A stretch of 64,000 nt of DNA. It comes from an uncultured Acidobacteriota bacterium. GTDB lineage: Bacteria; Acidobacteriota; Thermoanaerobaculia; Gp7-AA8. The position numbers and the translations under genes were made by a program. Of the stretch, positions 1 to 8,451 are shown piece after piece. The DNA is taken from NCBI GenBank assembly GCA_963758195.1, contig CAVWUH010000002.1, positions 4,427,958 through 4,491,957 on the forward strand, given 5' to 3'. The notes below the pieces were generated by a model. That model was not told the DNA's origin and did not search any database. It saw only the letters and a list, made by a program, of their open reading frames with translations. Each line of letters opens with the position of its first letter. Position 1 is the first letter of the stretch.

Positions 1-270
1 GTAGCCGTTGGTCTCGCCCATCACGCGCACTCGAATTCTGCGTCCGTCGTGTCCAGTCTCGAGCTCACCCCATTCGCGCGGCCGCGTGCGCAGCGTCGAC
101 TTCATGATCGACTGCCCGCTGCGCGCGTGCACCACCGCGATGTCGAAGGCGAAGTGTCCGCCATCCAGACTCGCTTTGTAGTGCAGGACGTAGTTACCCT
201 CGGCGAACGCCGGGACGGCGGCCAGGGTTAGGAAGACGAACAGCGCGGCGATGCGAGCCTTAAAATCCAT
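1..270 (-). CDS. hypothetical secreted protein (C-terminal part cut by window edge)
   Basis: Minus-strand ATG at 270-268, then MDFKARIAALFVFLTLAAVPAFAEGNYVLHYK... (signal-peptide-like). The frame stays open to position 1, so it is absent from the ORF track. Confidence 0.45.
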   Translation of the reverse strand, partial: MDFKARIAALFVFLTLAAVPAFAEGNYVLHYKASLDGGHFAFDIAVVHARSGQSIMKSTLRTRPREWGELETGHDGRRIRVRVMGETNGY

Positions 271-290
271 GGCTTCAGGAGAGCGAAACA

Positions 291-748
291 ATGAATGAAG
301 TGGTGCAACTCCTCCTCTCCAGCTTCGACGAAGCATACGAGAGAAAAGCATGGCACGGTCCAAACCTGCGCGCCTCGCTGCGAGGCGTCACGGCCGCCGA
401 GGCGCTGAAGCGGCCGGGGAAGGGGAGGCACAACATCTGGGAGCTCGCCGTCCACGCCGCGTACTGGAAGTACATCGGCCGCCGCCGTCTCACCGGCGAT
501 CGTCAAAGCAAGTTCGCGCTCAAAGGCTCGAACTGGACGATCGCACCGTCGCGCGTCAGTGAAGGGGATTGGCGCGAGGTCATCCGCCTTCTCGACATCG
601 AACATCGCGCACTGCGCGAAGCGATCGCCTCGGTGAGCGACGCCACTCTTCGCGATCCGAGAAGCTCCGCCTTCTCCGCGGCGTCATCGCCCACGACGTC
701 TACCACGCCGGCCAGATCCAACTCGTCAAGCGGCTGGTGCGGGGCTAG
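291..748 (+). pseudogene. DinB-family (DinB_2-like) protein with broken reading frame
   Basis: ORF 291.. gives the N-terminal part (..KAWHGPNLRASLRGV..AVHAAYWKY..). The family-typical C-terminus EKLRLLRGVIAHDVYHAGQIQLVKRLVRG* is in another frame and ends at TAG 746-748. The frames meet at ccg/gag near 659. The span is 458 nt, not a multiple of 3. Confidence 0.6.
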
Positions 749-751
749 CAA

Positions 752-838
752 CAGATCGCGGTTTGCAGATCGCAGATCGCAGGAAAGGCGGCTCTCGCCG
801 CACGTCGCAGCGATCCGCGATCTGCATTCTGCGATCTC
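752..838. repeat. oligomer-armed hairpin (CAGATCG-type units)
   Basis: The left arm cagatcgcggtttgcagatcgcagatcgcagg faces the complementary right arm gcgatccgcgatctgcattctgcgatctc. Confidence 0.8.
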
Positions 839-851
839 ATCCGGCGAGGGA

Positions 852-924
852 GTTTCACGCGGAGACGCGGAGAACGCGGAGAGAGTTCGTCTCGACTCCG
901 CGCCCTCCGCGTCTCCGCGTGAAC
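852..924. repeat. family A palindromic repeat, copy A1
   Basis: GTTTCACGCGGAGACGCGGAGAACGCGGAGAG...CTCCGCGCCCTCCGCGTCTCCGCGTGAAC. The same termini recur at 38654, 40928 and 53113. Confidence 0.85.
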
Positions 925-939
925 CCGAATCTCTGCCGC

Positions 940-1476
940 CTACATGCTCTTGGTGCAGGTCTCCTCGTCCATCTTCATCCACTTCCCGGCCTGCTCCACC
1001 CAGCCGGCGTGCACGAACTCGTCGGCGTTCTTTTTCGTGAACGTATCGCGCGCCTTCATCGTCATCGGGCCCATGTGCCACGAACCATCCCAGGTGAGCG
1101 TGTTGTCCTTCCAGCCGTCGGATGTCGCCGAGCTATGGCCGCCCATGTTGTCGACCGAGCTCATGACGTATTTCTTCTGCTCGGCGTCGTAGCCCATGAA
1201 GCCGCCGACGCTGAACGGCATCGGATTCTTGTCGCTCGACATCTCGGCGTAGGTGAAGGCGAGCCAGTAATCGCCCATCTGCCAGCCGGATGAAACCGTC
1301 CCCATCGTCGGATGCTCGGGGCTCATCGGGTTGGCGAACGCCGTCCCCTTGCAGCCCCACGAACCGGTGAGGTAATCGAGTTGCCGCAGCTTCGGATCGG
1401 GCTTCATCTCCGGGGCCTGGGCGAAGAGGGACGTGGCGACGAACACGAGGATCAGGGCGAGAGTGAATCTGCGCAT
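940..1476 (-). CDS. secreted protein, DUF1579-like
   Basis: From ORF 940..1491, with the start moved to ATG 1476 (GGAGG 7 nt upstream). Signal peptide MRRFTLALILVFVATSLFAQA. Family assignment is from memory of the sequence pattern. Confidence 0.6.
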   Translation of the reverse strand: MRRFTLALILVFVATSLFAQAPEMKPDPKLRQLDYLTGSWGCKGTAFANPMSPEHPTMGTVSSGWQMGDYWLAFTYAEMSSDKNPMPFSVGGFMGYDAEQKKYVMSSVDNMGGHSSATSDGWKDNTLTWDGSWHMGPMTMKARDTFTKKNADEFVHAGWVEQAGKWMKMDEETCTKSM

Positions 1477-1666
1477 GGGTACTTCCTCCATTCCGTTTGG
1501 ATGATTCTACGGCAGGTTCCGGCGATCGGATGGGTCGGGCGGCTCGGCAATAAACCTGCAGGGTCCGGCGTTGGGCAGGACTCAAAGGTTGACAGGATGC
1601 GATGGCGTCCGTATGTTGACGCCCTCGCCGGGCACCCACCGCCGGCATCGATCGTTGAAGCAACGC

Positions 1667-1741
1667 GGGCCCGTAGCTCAGTGGTAGAGCACCTGGCTTT
1701 TAACCAGAGGGTCGTAGGTTCGATCCCTACCGGGCTCACCA
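1667..1741 (+). tRNA. tRNA-Lys (anticodon TTT)
   Basis: Cloverleaf read by hand: acceptor GGGCCCG/CGGGCTC, D-arm GCTC-AGTGGTA-GAGC, anticodon loop CTTTTAA, T-arm GTAGG-TTCGATC-CCTAC, encoded CCA. Confidence 0.9.
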
Positions 1742-1751
1742 TCGCCTGCGG

Positions 1752-1814
1752 GATTGAGGATGCAGGATTGAGGATTCGCCGCCCCCGGCATTCTCAATTC
1801 TCAATTCTCAATTC
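1752..1814. repeat. oligomer-armed hairpin (GATTGAG units)
   Basis: gattgaggatgcaggattgaggatt ... attctcaattctcaattctcaattc, lying between the two tRNAs. Confidence 0.8.
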
Positions 1815-1820
1815 AAGTCA

Positions 1821-1896
1821 GTCCCCATCGTCTAGAGGCCTAGGACAGCGCCCTTTCACGGCGCCAACACGGGTTCGAATCCCGTTGGGGACGCCA
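1821..1896 (+). tRNA. tRNA-Glu (anticodon TTC)
   Basis: GTCCCCATCGTCTAGAGGCCTAGGAC..., anticodon stem GCGCC/GGCGC with loop CTTTCAC, T-arm ACGGG-TTCGAAT-CCCGT, encoded CCA. It closely resembles canonical bacterial tRNA-Glu. Confidence 0.9.
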
Positions 1897-1963
1897 ATGT
1901 TTGCTTCCGCCCACGCCCGAGGATGTCAAACGATGATCTCGTTGTCGTCGGCTCGGCGTCCGA

Positions 1964-2773
1964 TCACGGACGTTGGCTCCGGTCGCCTTCGCGTTCCTCT
2001 AATTGATCTTCGTAGAGTCGCAGTTTTCCTTTTTGCACAGCGTCGAGTAATGCCTGCTCTTCGTCGGAGTACGGTTCGCCGAACGCGAAGAACGGGATCG
2101 AGGGTAGCGCGGCGTTCGTTCCAGCCTCGATGTGCGCAATGGCCAGTTCACTCGACCGAGCAAGTGCCTCGCTGAACGAAAGGAATCGCGGTACCTGCTC
2201 TTCGAGGATCACGAGAACGCGGTCGACCTCCGCCCAAAACTCCACGTCCGGCTTGAACGTGAGGAACGCATGCGGCGCGACATTCAATTCGCGCGCGAGG
2301 AGCACCGTTGCAACCGTGGTGGAAGCGCTGATGTGGAGCGTCCCGGTTTCCTCCGAGGTCATCGAGATTGTCGGCTCCATCGCGAAGATCGCTCGACCGT
2401 GCTTGTAGGCCCCGGACACCTCCGCGTACAGATCATAGAAAGCACGGAGCTCCTTTTCCTCAGCTGTGAGCCGGGCCGCGCTGCGATCTGCAATCGCGCG
2501 GAACAGCCGGCGCGAATGGTCTGCGTCGAGTCCGATCCGCGTGAACGCGCTGTCGGGAACATCATCCATAAGCGGATACAGCCACACCCGATGGTGGTAC
2601 GTCGCTTCCTGCTCGGATGACCGCGGATTGTTGATGCGGCTGTCGAGGCTCCGCCGCTTTCCGGGATACCGCGCATCGACGTGACTCGCCGTGATCTCGT
2701 ACACCTTTCGGATCTGCTCTACGAGGAGCCACGTGTGGTACAGGACGTCGAGCGACCGGTAGAGCTCTTCCAC
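1964..2773 (-). CDS. hypothetical protein (may extend to ATG 2886 through a frameshift)
   Basis: 269-aa ORF with a GTG start. An upstream coding-like stretch (MRGNYLPRLYLHRSFVRRMAQRLEYISVLADRVREAG, high GC3) lies in a different frame and abuts it at the CCCC run 2775-2778. Confidence 0.5.
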   Translation of the reverse strand: MEELYRSLDVLYHTWLLVEQIRKVYEITASHVDARYPGKRRSLDSRINNPRSSEQEATYHHRVWLYPLMDDVPDSAFTRIGLDADHSRRLFRAIADRSAARLTAEEKELRAFYDLYAEVSGAYKHGRAIFAMEPTISMTSEETGTLHISASTTVATVLLARELNVAPHAFLTFKPDVEFWAEVDRVLVILEEQVPRFLSFSEALARSSELAIAHIEAGTNAALPSIPFFAFGEPYSDEEQALLDAVQKGKLRLYEDQLEEREGDRSQRP

Positions 2774-2914
2774 ACCCCGGCCTCCCGCACCCGATCGGCG
2801 AGGACCGAAATGTACTCAAGCCGCTGCGCCATCCGGCGGACGAAGCTTCGGTGGAGATAAAGCCGCGGGAGGTAGTTCCCGCGCATAGCGTCGAGCGTCA
2901 GCGGTGCAGGCGGC

Positions 2915-3618
2915 TTACGTGAGGGTGTAGTGGCCATCGTCGGAGAGCACCTTCTTTTCTGCCGGCGTGAGGTCGCGCGTGAGGAACGGGAACAGCCATC
3001 GCTCATTGGATGCAGGCGCGCCAGTCGGGCTCGCGTTCGCAATGATGTTGATGACGAGCTGACTGGCGACGGACGTGAGTCCCCGCGCGCCGCGCACGTC
3101 TCCGTGTCGAAGCGCTGTGTGCTCGAGTGCCCGCCGCTGCTCGTCCATCCGTGTGAGCGTCTCGATGCGCTCCGGCGTTGCCTCGATCTCTGCGAGCACC
3201 GCGACGCGGTCCTCGCCTGCGACCGGTGCGACGATCAGAGATTCATCCCACGTCAGCGACATCGGCAAGTGCCGCCACCACCGGGCGTTCTCCGCGTGCA
3301 TCCACCAAAAGCGAGCGACTTGCTCAATGACGAGTTGGAACCTCCGCACCAGCTTCGTCTGGACCCTCGCCACACGGACGGCATTCGTGCCGAACCCGGG
3401 CAGCACGCGCAGGCGGAGGAGCGTGCGGACTTCCGCGACGCTCCCACGCGCAGGCGGAGGAGCGTGCGGACTTCCGCATCCGACGCGGCGCCGGATCGGA
3501 GCGTATCGAAGAGCGCGTTCAGAGTCTTGTTGTCTGCAGCGTGAAACGGTGACGCCGACCGATCACGCATGTGGAGAAGTACCGTGCCGACGATCTCGCT
3601 GAGCTCCACCGCAGCCAT
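2915..3618 (-). pseudogene. hypothetical protein split by a short direct duplication
   Basis: ORFs 3253..3630 and 2915..3406 are two halves of one frame. Both copies of the repeat encode AEVRTLLRLRV, and the frame is lost between them. The likely start ATG 3618 overlaps the upstream stop (TGATG). Confidence 0.6.
3404..3477. repeat. 33-nt perfect direct repeat, offset 41 nt
   Basis: cacgcgcaggcggaggagcgtgcggacttccgc occurs at 3404-3436 and again at 3445-3477. The match extends to about 39 nt if a 4-nt indel is allowed. Confidence 0.9.
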
Positions 3619-3812
3619 CACGATTCCCACCCGAGGAACGCGCGTTCCTCTTCTGCCGATGCCCGTTCCATCCGCTCGAGGTTATGTTGCACGAGGTCAT
3701 TTGTCGCCGCCGCGGTCTCGCGCCAGGAATTCAATGCAAGCAAGACGAAGTCACTGTTTGCCGCGAGCTGCGAGCGAATGTGCTCCGGAATCGGGACGAC
3801 CTCGGTCGACAT
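3618..3812 (-). CDS. small hypothetical protein (64 aa)
   Basis: ATG 3812 (MSTEVVPIPEHIRSQLAANS...). The stop overlaps the next start. The IS end lies 7 bp upstream of the start codon. Confidence 0.45.
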   Translation of the reverse strand: MSTEVVPIPEHIRSQLAANSDFVLLALNSWRETAAATNDLVQHNLERMERASAEEERAFLGWES

Positions 3813-3818
3813 GAAAGA

Positions 3819-5540
3819 TCTAGCCCGCATTTCTCACCGATGTCGTCCCGGGGAGTCGTAGGGCCACGAAATCGTGATTGAAGTGAAAGAACCTGCGAAA
3901 ATCGTTGCGGACGCGATTGATGTCGCCTGGCAACGAGGTCGGCAAGGACAAGGCCCGCAAGTTATTGCACGTATGGGGTTCACCAGGCGATGTCTGAGCC
4001 GGTCGCGAACGCACCGATTCTGACGAACACCGGAGGGACGGTCATCGGTGGGTGTGGAGTAGTGCTCTACGGCGATGCGTGAGCGAGATTGCAGCAGACG
4101 CGAGCGAACAGGGACGCCAGCGGATAACTGCTCGAGAGCGACACTCGGATTTTCCGGGTCGTCACTCGGATGCGCGCTCCGATCTTGAACAACTTCAGAC
4201 GGATCGTGTCGCACTGGGCGTTGGCCAGATCCGTGTCCTTGAGCCCCAGTCTCCGCAACGCGCTCATCAGCAGATAGGCCACCGACGAGAAGAAAGGCGC
4301 AACTGGTTCGCGCGCATCGTTGCAGCCGACGTGCGATCGGAGAAAAGGAAGCTCTTCTGCTCTTTGATCCGATTCTCCATGTCGCCTCGGCCGCAGTACT
4401 CATCCTCATACAAGGTCTGAGCGGAATACGCGTCGATCGACAGTGATGTGACGACGAAGCGCGCGTTCGGCTTGTCGATCAGATACTCAGCTTTTGCCAC
4501 TACACGTCGAACACGGCTCCAGCTATCGAGGGTTTCGTACAGCATGTCCTTGTAGTCACGCCAAGGCGCACCGGTGCGCTCGGACTCGTGGCGAGTCTGC
4601 TTCATCTCATCCTCGATCATCCGCTCCAGGCGCTTGTTGCGCGCCAGTCCGAGCACGTAGTCCACCTCGTGCTTTTCGCACCAGGTCATGATGTCGTCAC
4701 GAGAGAATGCCGAGTCCGCGCGAATCGTGATCTCTACGTCCGGCCAGCTCTGACGAATCTGCGACACGATTCGTTCCAGTTCTTCGACCGTTCCCTCCGC
4801 CGGGCCGATGCTTGCCTGTCGCAACCGAGCGCACAGAAGAAACTCGCCGCAGAAGACATAAAGCGGGAGATAACAGTACGAACCGTAGTAGCCGTGGAAG
4901 AACCGGCCTTCCTGACCACCGTGAATTTCGTCGTCGGTCGTATCCAGATCGAGAACGATCCGTTTCGGCGGCTCCGCGTGGGCCTTCAGAAAGGCGTTGA
5001 CGAAGAAACGATCGATCGCCGCTTCGTCGTAGACGATCTTCTTGTACCGGTCCTTGCCTTGGTCATCTTCGCTCAGCTCCAACCGGTTCAGCGTGCTCTT
5101 GCCCGCCAGAGCTTGCGTCGGATCACTCTTCTCCACCAGCGTTGCGATCAAGGGATCGTGACGCAGCTGATCGTGATCGTTCAGATCCTCGTAGCCGAGC
5201 GCCAGTCCCATGACCCGTTGGCGGATCAGCGAGCTCACCGAGTGCTCCACCATCACCGCACTCCGATAGTCCCGAAAACAAGCCGCGAATTCGCCGAGCA
5301 ACCCCGTGCGCCGGTCGACCTCTCGCAGTAGGAGTCCGCCCCCGTCCGAGCTCAGTTGTCCGCCATCAAACCTGGCCACTACTTCGCGTCGGCCCACCCC
5401 TTGGAAACTCACCTCAATCTCGTTACACTCTGTCTGTCGCACGCCGCCGCCCCCTCTGCTTTTCAAGTTGTTCTAGACAATCAACTTAATAGCATGGTGC
5501 GGCGGCTTTTTCATTACCTCCGTGAGAAATGCGGGCTAGA
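3819..5540. mobile_element. IS1380-family-like insertion sequence
   Basis: 19-bp perfect terminal inverted repeats: tctagcccgcatttctcac at 3819-3837 and its reverse complement at 5522-5540. They enclose a DDE transposase gene. The element is 1722 bp. No flanking target duplication was found. Confidence 0.8.
4067..5466 (-). pseudogene. IS1380/IS4-like DDE transposase, frameshifted
   Basis: ORF 4267..5466 carries ..LGYEDLNDHDQLRHDP.. and GRFFHGYYGSYCYLPLYVF. The family-typical C-terminus (SVAYLLMSALRRLGLKDTDLANAQCDTIRLKLFKIGARIRV..) is in ORF 4067..4282 in another frame. The frames meet in a T/C-rich run near 4283-4300. Confidence 0.8.
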
Positions 5541-5733
5541 ACACGTCTCGTCTGAGGGTCATTGTAGGTGCTGGACGAATTTCATCCGCAACGTACCGCG
5601 CGAATGAGCCCCACATTCGGACCGCACGGCGCGGTTTCTCCGCATTGTCGGGCGTTGGCTGGATCAGAACGTCCAGTCACGCGTCGTGGTAGGGGATGTG
5701 TGTCAGCAATGCGATTTCCCCGTCCAACAATGA

Positions 5734-7851
5734 CTATGGCTTCGGCAACTCGACCGCCGCGAACGTCAACACGGCGGTGTTCCTGCCCGGTGTCACAGTC
5801 ATCGTAACGGGCGCCTGCTGTCCTATGCCCGCGAGCAGCATCTCCAGTTCAGCGACCGACCCGGCAGGCCAGAACTCGTACAGTCCAGGAGGCATGTGAT
5901 CGAGAATGATGTTGCCGTCTGTGTTCGAGCTCGTCCTCGAGCCCTGGATGTTGCCGAACGCCTGCACGACCTCTCTTGGGAGCACGGTCTTGTTGTAGCG
6001 TATGGCCACGGAGACATTGCCGATCGGTTGTCGGGATTCCGACTCGGTACGGATCTCGATGCGACTCGTACCCCAGGGAATCCTGATCGTCGCCTCCGGC
6101 GGAGAGGATGAAACCCGCGCGATGGCGAACGAGCCATCCCTCGGAACAACGAACACGTCGCGCGCTTCGCCTTCCGGCACGAGCACTTCGGCAATCCCGT
6201 TTTCGTCCGTGAGGCTCATGCGCGTTTGCTGGAGTCCTTTGTATTGCATTGCCACAGCACGGACGACCGGGGCGCCCGCGCCATCTAGGACACGAAGCTT
6301 GACTGAGACTCCGCCTTCGAGGCGAACGGTGACGTCACGGCTGTCGCTGGGCTCGGAAAATGTGTAGGTGATCCGTCCTTGCAGGTGCGTGGCCGATGCC
6401 GCGGTGATGGTGTGGCTCCCATAAGGAACAGGGATGAATTCAAAGCGTCCGGCGGGATCGCTGCGCGCTTTGACGGCGAAAGAGGTTTCGCCCCGAACTC
6501 TCAGTGACAGCACCGCATTGGGGATCGGCGCGCCAGTGCGGGCGTCCACGACGGTTCCGGTGATTCGTCGCGGGATGATTTCGAAATTCCACTCGAGGTC
6601 TTCGTCGTTCGCGAGCTCTTTCCGTTCGAAGTAGGGGATGTTCATGAGACCGCCGGAGAAGATCCCGGCCCTCGAAGGGCCGGTCTGCCAGAGAGCGAGC
6701 ATCACGTCACCCTCGGCTCCCGTCTTGAAGCTCGCCTCCCAGCGACCGTCGATGTTCTTATAGTTGATGCGCGCGCCGGTGAGAGGCTCGCCTGCCATGG
6801 TTGCCAGGAACCGCAGACGAACGGGGGCGATGTTCAGCTCGACTTTGCTTTCCGAGCCTTCATCGAGGAGTACTGTCTTTCCGTACTGCTCGCACGGTTC
6901 CTTTCCCTTTGCCAGGACGAGATATTGTCCCGGCTCGACGCCGTCGAACCTCGCCAACACTCCTTTGCCTGCGGCAGCCGGAGTCACGCTCCTCCAGGGT
7001 GTGCCGACCATGTCCCCGGACCTGAGTTTGCGGAGCTCGATCTGCACGATGTCACCGACGTTCGGATGGAACGTCTCGACGATGATGGACCCGCCGCGGT
7101 GAAGAAAGATGTCATCGAGTCTCGCTGTCCGCTGTGCTTTCGCGATCGGCTGCGTCGTCTCGGCGAAACCGGCCGCACTGACCAGGATGCTCGCCGGCCA
7201 TTTCTCCGGATCAGCTTCGAAGGCGAAGGAGCCATCCGCTTCCGCGATTGCCACTGTGTCGGCATTCGTCTTGACGATCGCGCCGCCGACACCGCGGGTC
7301 GTCCCGCGCTCAAAGACGCGGCCGGAGATCACCGGCAAAGGCTCGAGTACCGCTGTGAGCACTTCAGGCGTTTCTCCGATGCGCACGGTTTTGCGAATTT
7401 TCTGAAAGTGCTCTTTCTCGATCGTCAGGGTCCATGCTCCAAGCGCGGGAGTCCTGATCACGGAAGAGCGGAGCTGTTTCCCGCTCAGCGAAAGCTGCCA
7501 TGAGCGGTGTGATTCATCACCAATCGTCAGACGCACGCGACTGTCCCTCGCAAGGCGGGACGCGCTGACGCGTAGTTCAATCTTTCCTGGTGCATCGCAC
7601 GTGATTGCCGTTTCACCGGCGTTCAGCGTTCCAAGGATGTAAGTCGCGTCCTCGTCCGCGGCGAAGTGATATGCGCGCGAATCGGTACCCGGAGCAACTT
7701 TCTGTCCGCACTTGTATTCGACGCACTCGCTGCCGGTGATGCAGAGGCGTCCGATGACGATTTTCGATTCCGCTGCAGCGGGAAGCGCGGCGGGAAGCGC
7801 GATGCAAAGCGCCGTCGCCAATGTCCAAAGGCGCATCTCGAAAGACCTCAT
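5734..7851 (-). CDS. large secreted protein with carboxypeptidase-regulatory-like (CarboxypepD_reg) domains
   Basis: From ORF 5734..7995, with the start set to ATG 7851, which forms an ATGA overlap with the upstream stop. Signal peptide MRSFEMRLWTLATALCIALPAALPAAA. Segments such as ISGRVFERGTTRGVGGAIV and ITGTVVDARTGAPIPNAVLSL fit the domain. Confidence 0.7.
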   Translation of the reverse strand: MRSFEMRLWTLATALCIALPAALPAAAESKIVIGRLCITGSECVEYKCGQKVAPGTDSRAYHFAADEDATYILGTLNAGETAITCDAPGKIELRVSASRLARDSRVRLTIGDESHRSWQLSLSGKQLRSSVIRTPALGAWTLTIEKEHFQKIRKTVRIGETPEVLTAVLEPLPVISGRVFERGTTRGVGGAIVKTNADTVAIAEADGSFAFEADPEKWPASILVSAAGFAETTQPIAKAQRTARLDDIFLHRGGSIIVETFHPNVGDIVQIELRKLRSGDMVGTPWRSVTPAAAGKGVLARFDGVEPGQYLVLAKGKEPCEQYGKTVLLDEGSESKVELNIAPVRLRFLATMAGEPLTGARINYKNIDGRWEASFKTGAEGDVMLALWQTGPSRAGIFSGGLMNIPYFERKELANDEDLEWNFEIIPRRITGTVVDARTGAPIPNAVLSLRVRGETSFAVKARSDPAGRFEFIPVPYGSHTITAASATHLQGRITYTFSEPSDSRDVTVRLEGGVSVKLRVLDGAGAPVVRAVAMQYKGLQQTRMSLTDENGIAEVLVPEGEARDVFVVPRDGSFAIARVSSSPPEATIRIPWGTSRIEIRTESESRQPIGNVSVAIRYNKTVLPREVVQAFGNIQGSRTSSNTDGNIILDHMPPGLYEFWPAGSVAELEMLLAGIGQQAPVTMTVTPGRNTAVLTFAAVELPKP

Positions 7852-8231
7852 GCCCCGCTCTGTCGGTGGCGCCTGCCGCGCGACGGTGTCTGAATGCTTA
7901 CGCGAGCGAGCCGCCATGTTTCGGAAAGGATCTTCTGAGGTTCGCAACTCGTGGGTGCCGCTGGCTCGAGTAGCGCATGCTCTTCGTGATCGCACAACGG
8001 GTTGCCTTCACCACAAAAGTCTCCCTCGGTCACGCATGCTTCCGCACCCGGCGAATACTCTTCGATATGACAGAGAACAGCTCCGCAGTTCGTGCCTTCA
8101 CACCACCAGCAGTCATCGAGCCATGGCCAATACCAGTGCTCGACGCATGCCTGGCACTGCGCGGAGGCAGGAGCGGCAGGGATGGCGCAGAAAAGCAGCG
8201 CTGCTGCGATCACAAACATCGCTCGTTTCAT
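7848..8231 (-). CDS. small Cys/Trp-rich secreted protein (127 aa)
   Basis: ATG 8231 has AGGAG 7 nt upstream. Signal peptide MKRAMFVIAAALLFCAIPAAPASA. The mature part starts QCQACVEHWYWPWLDDCWWCEGTNCGAVLC.. and holds 10 Cys. Confidence 0.6.
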   Translation of the reverse strand: MKRAMFVIAAALLFCAIPAAPASAQCQACVEHWYWPWLDDCWWCEGTNCGAVLCHIEEYSPGAEACVTEGDFCGEGNPLCDHEEHALLEPAAPTSCEPQKILSETWRLARVSIQTPSRGRRHRQSGA

Positions 8232-8451
8232 CGGTCGACTCCTCTCGAGCACAGTGCCGTAAGAGCTACTACGGCATACTTATCGATGGAATTCTAAATC
8301 TAAAACTAGCTCTCGCGAACGCCTGCTCCTTTGACATCTCGGGTTTCATCACCCCTCCGCCCGCCTTCACCCCGGAATTCCGGACATTCATCCCAAACGC
8401 GTCACCCGCTCATCCATTCAGGCCTAGATTCTCGGCCTCAGGAGGTGTGAC

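Noticed and set aside
1897-5733. Integrative element bounded by a tRNA-derived att repeat
   Set aside because: No integrase or recombinase gene is present, and I could find no second copy of the tRNA-Glu 3' end by eye. Only the IS is demonstrably mobile.
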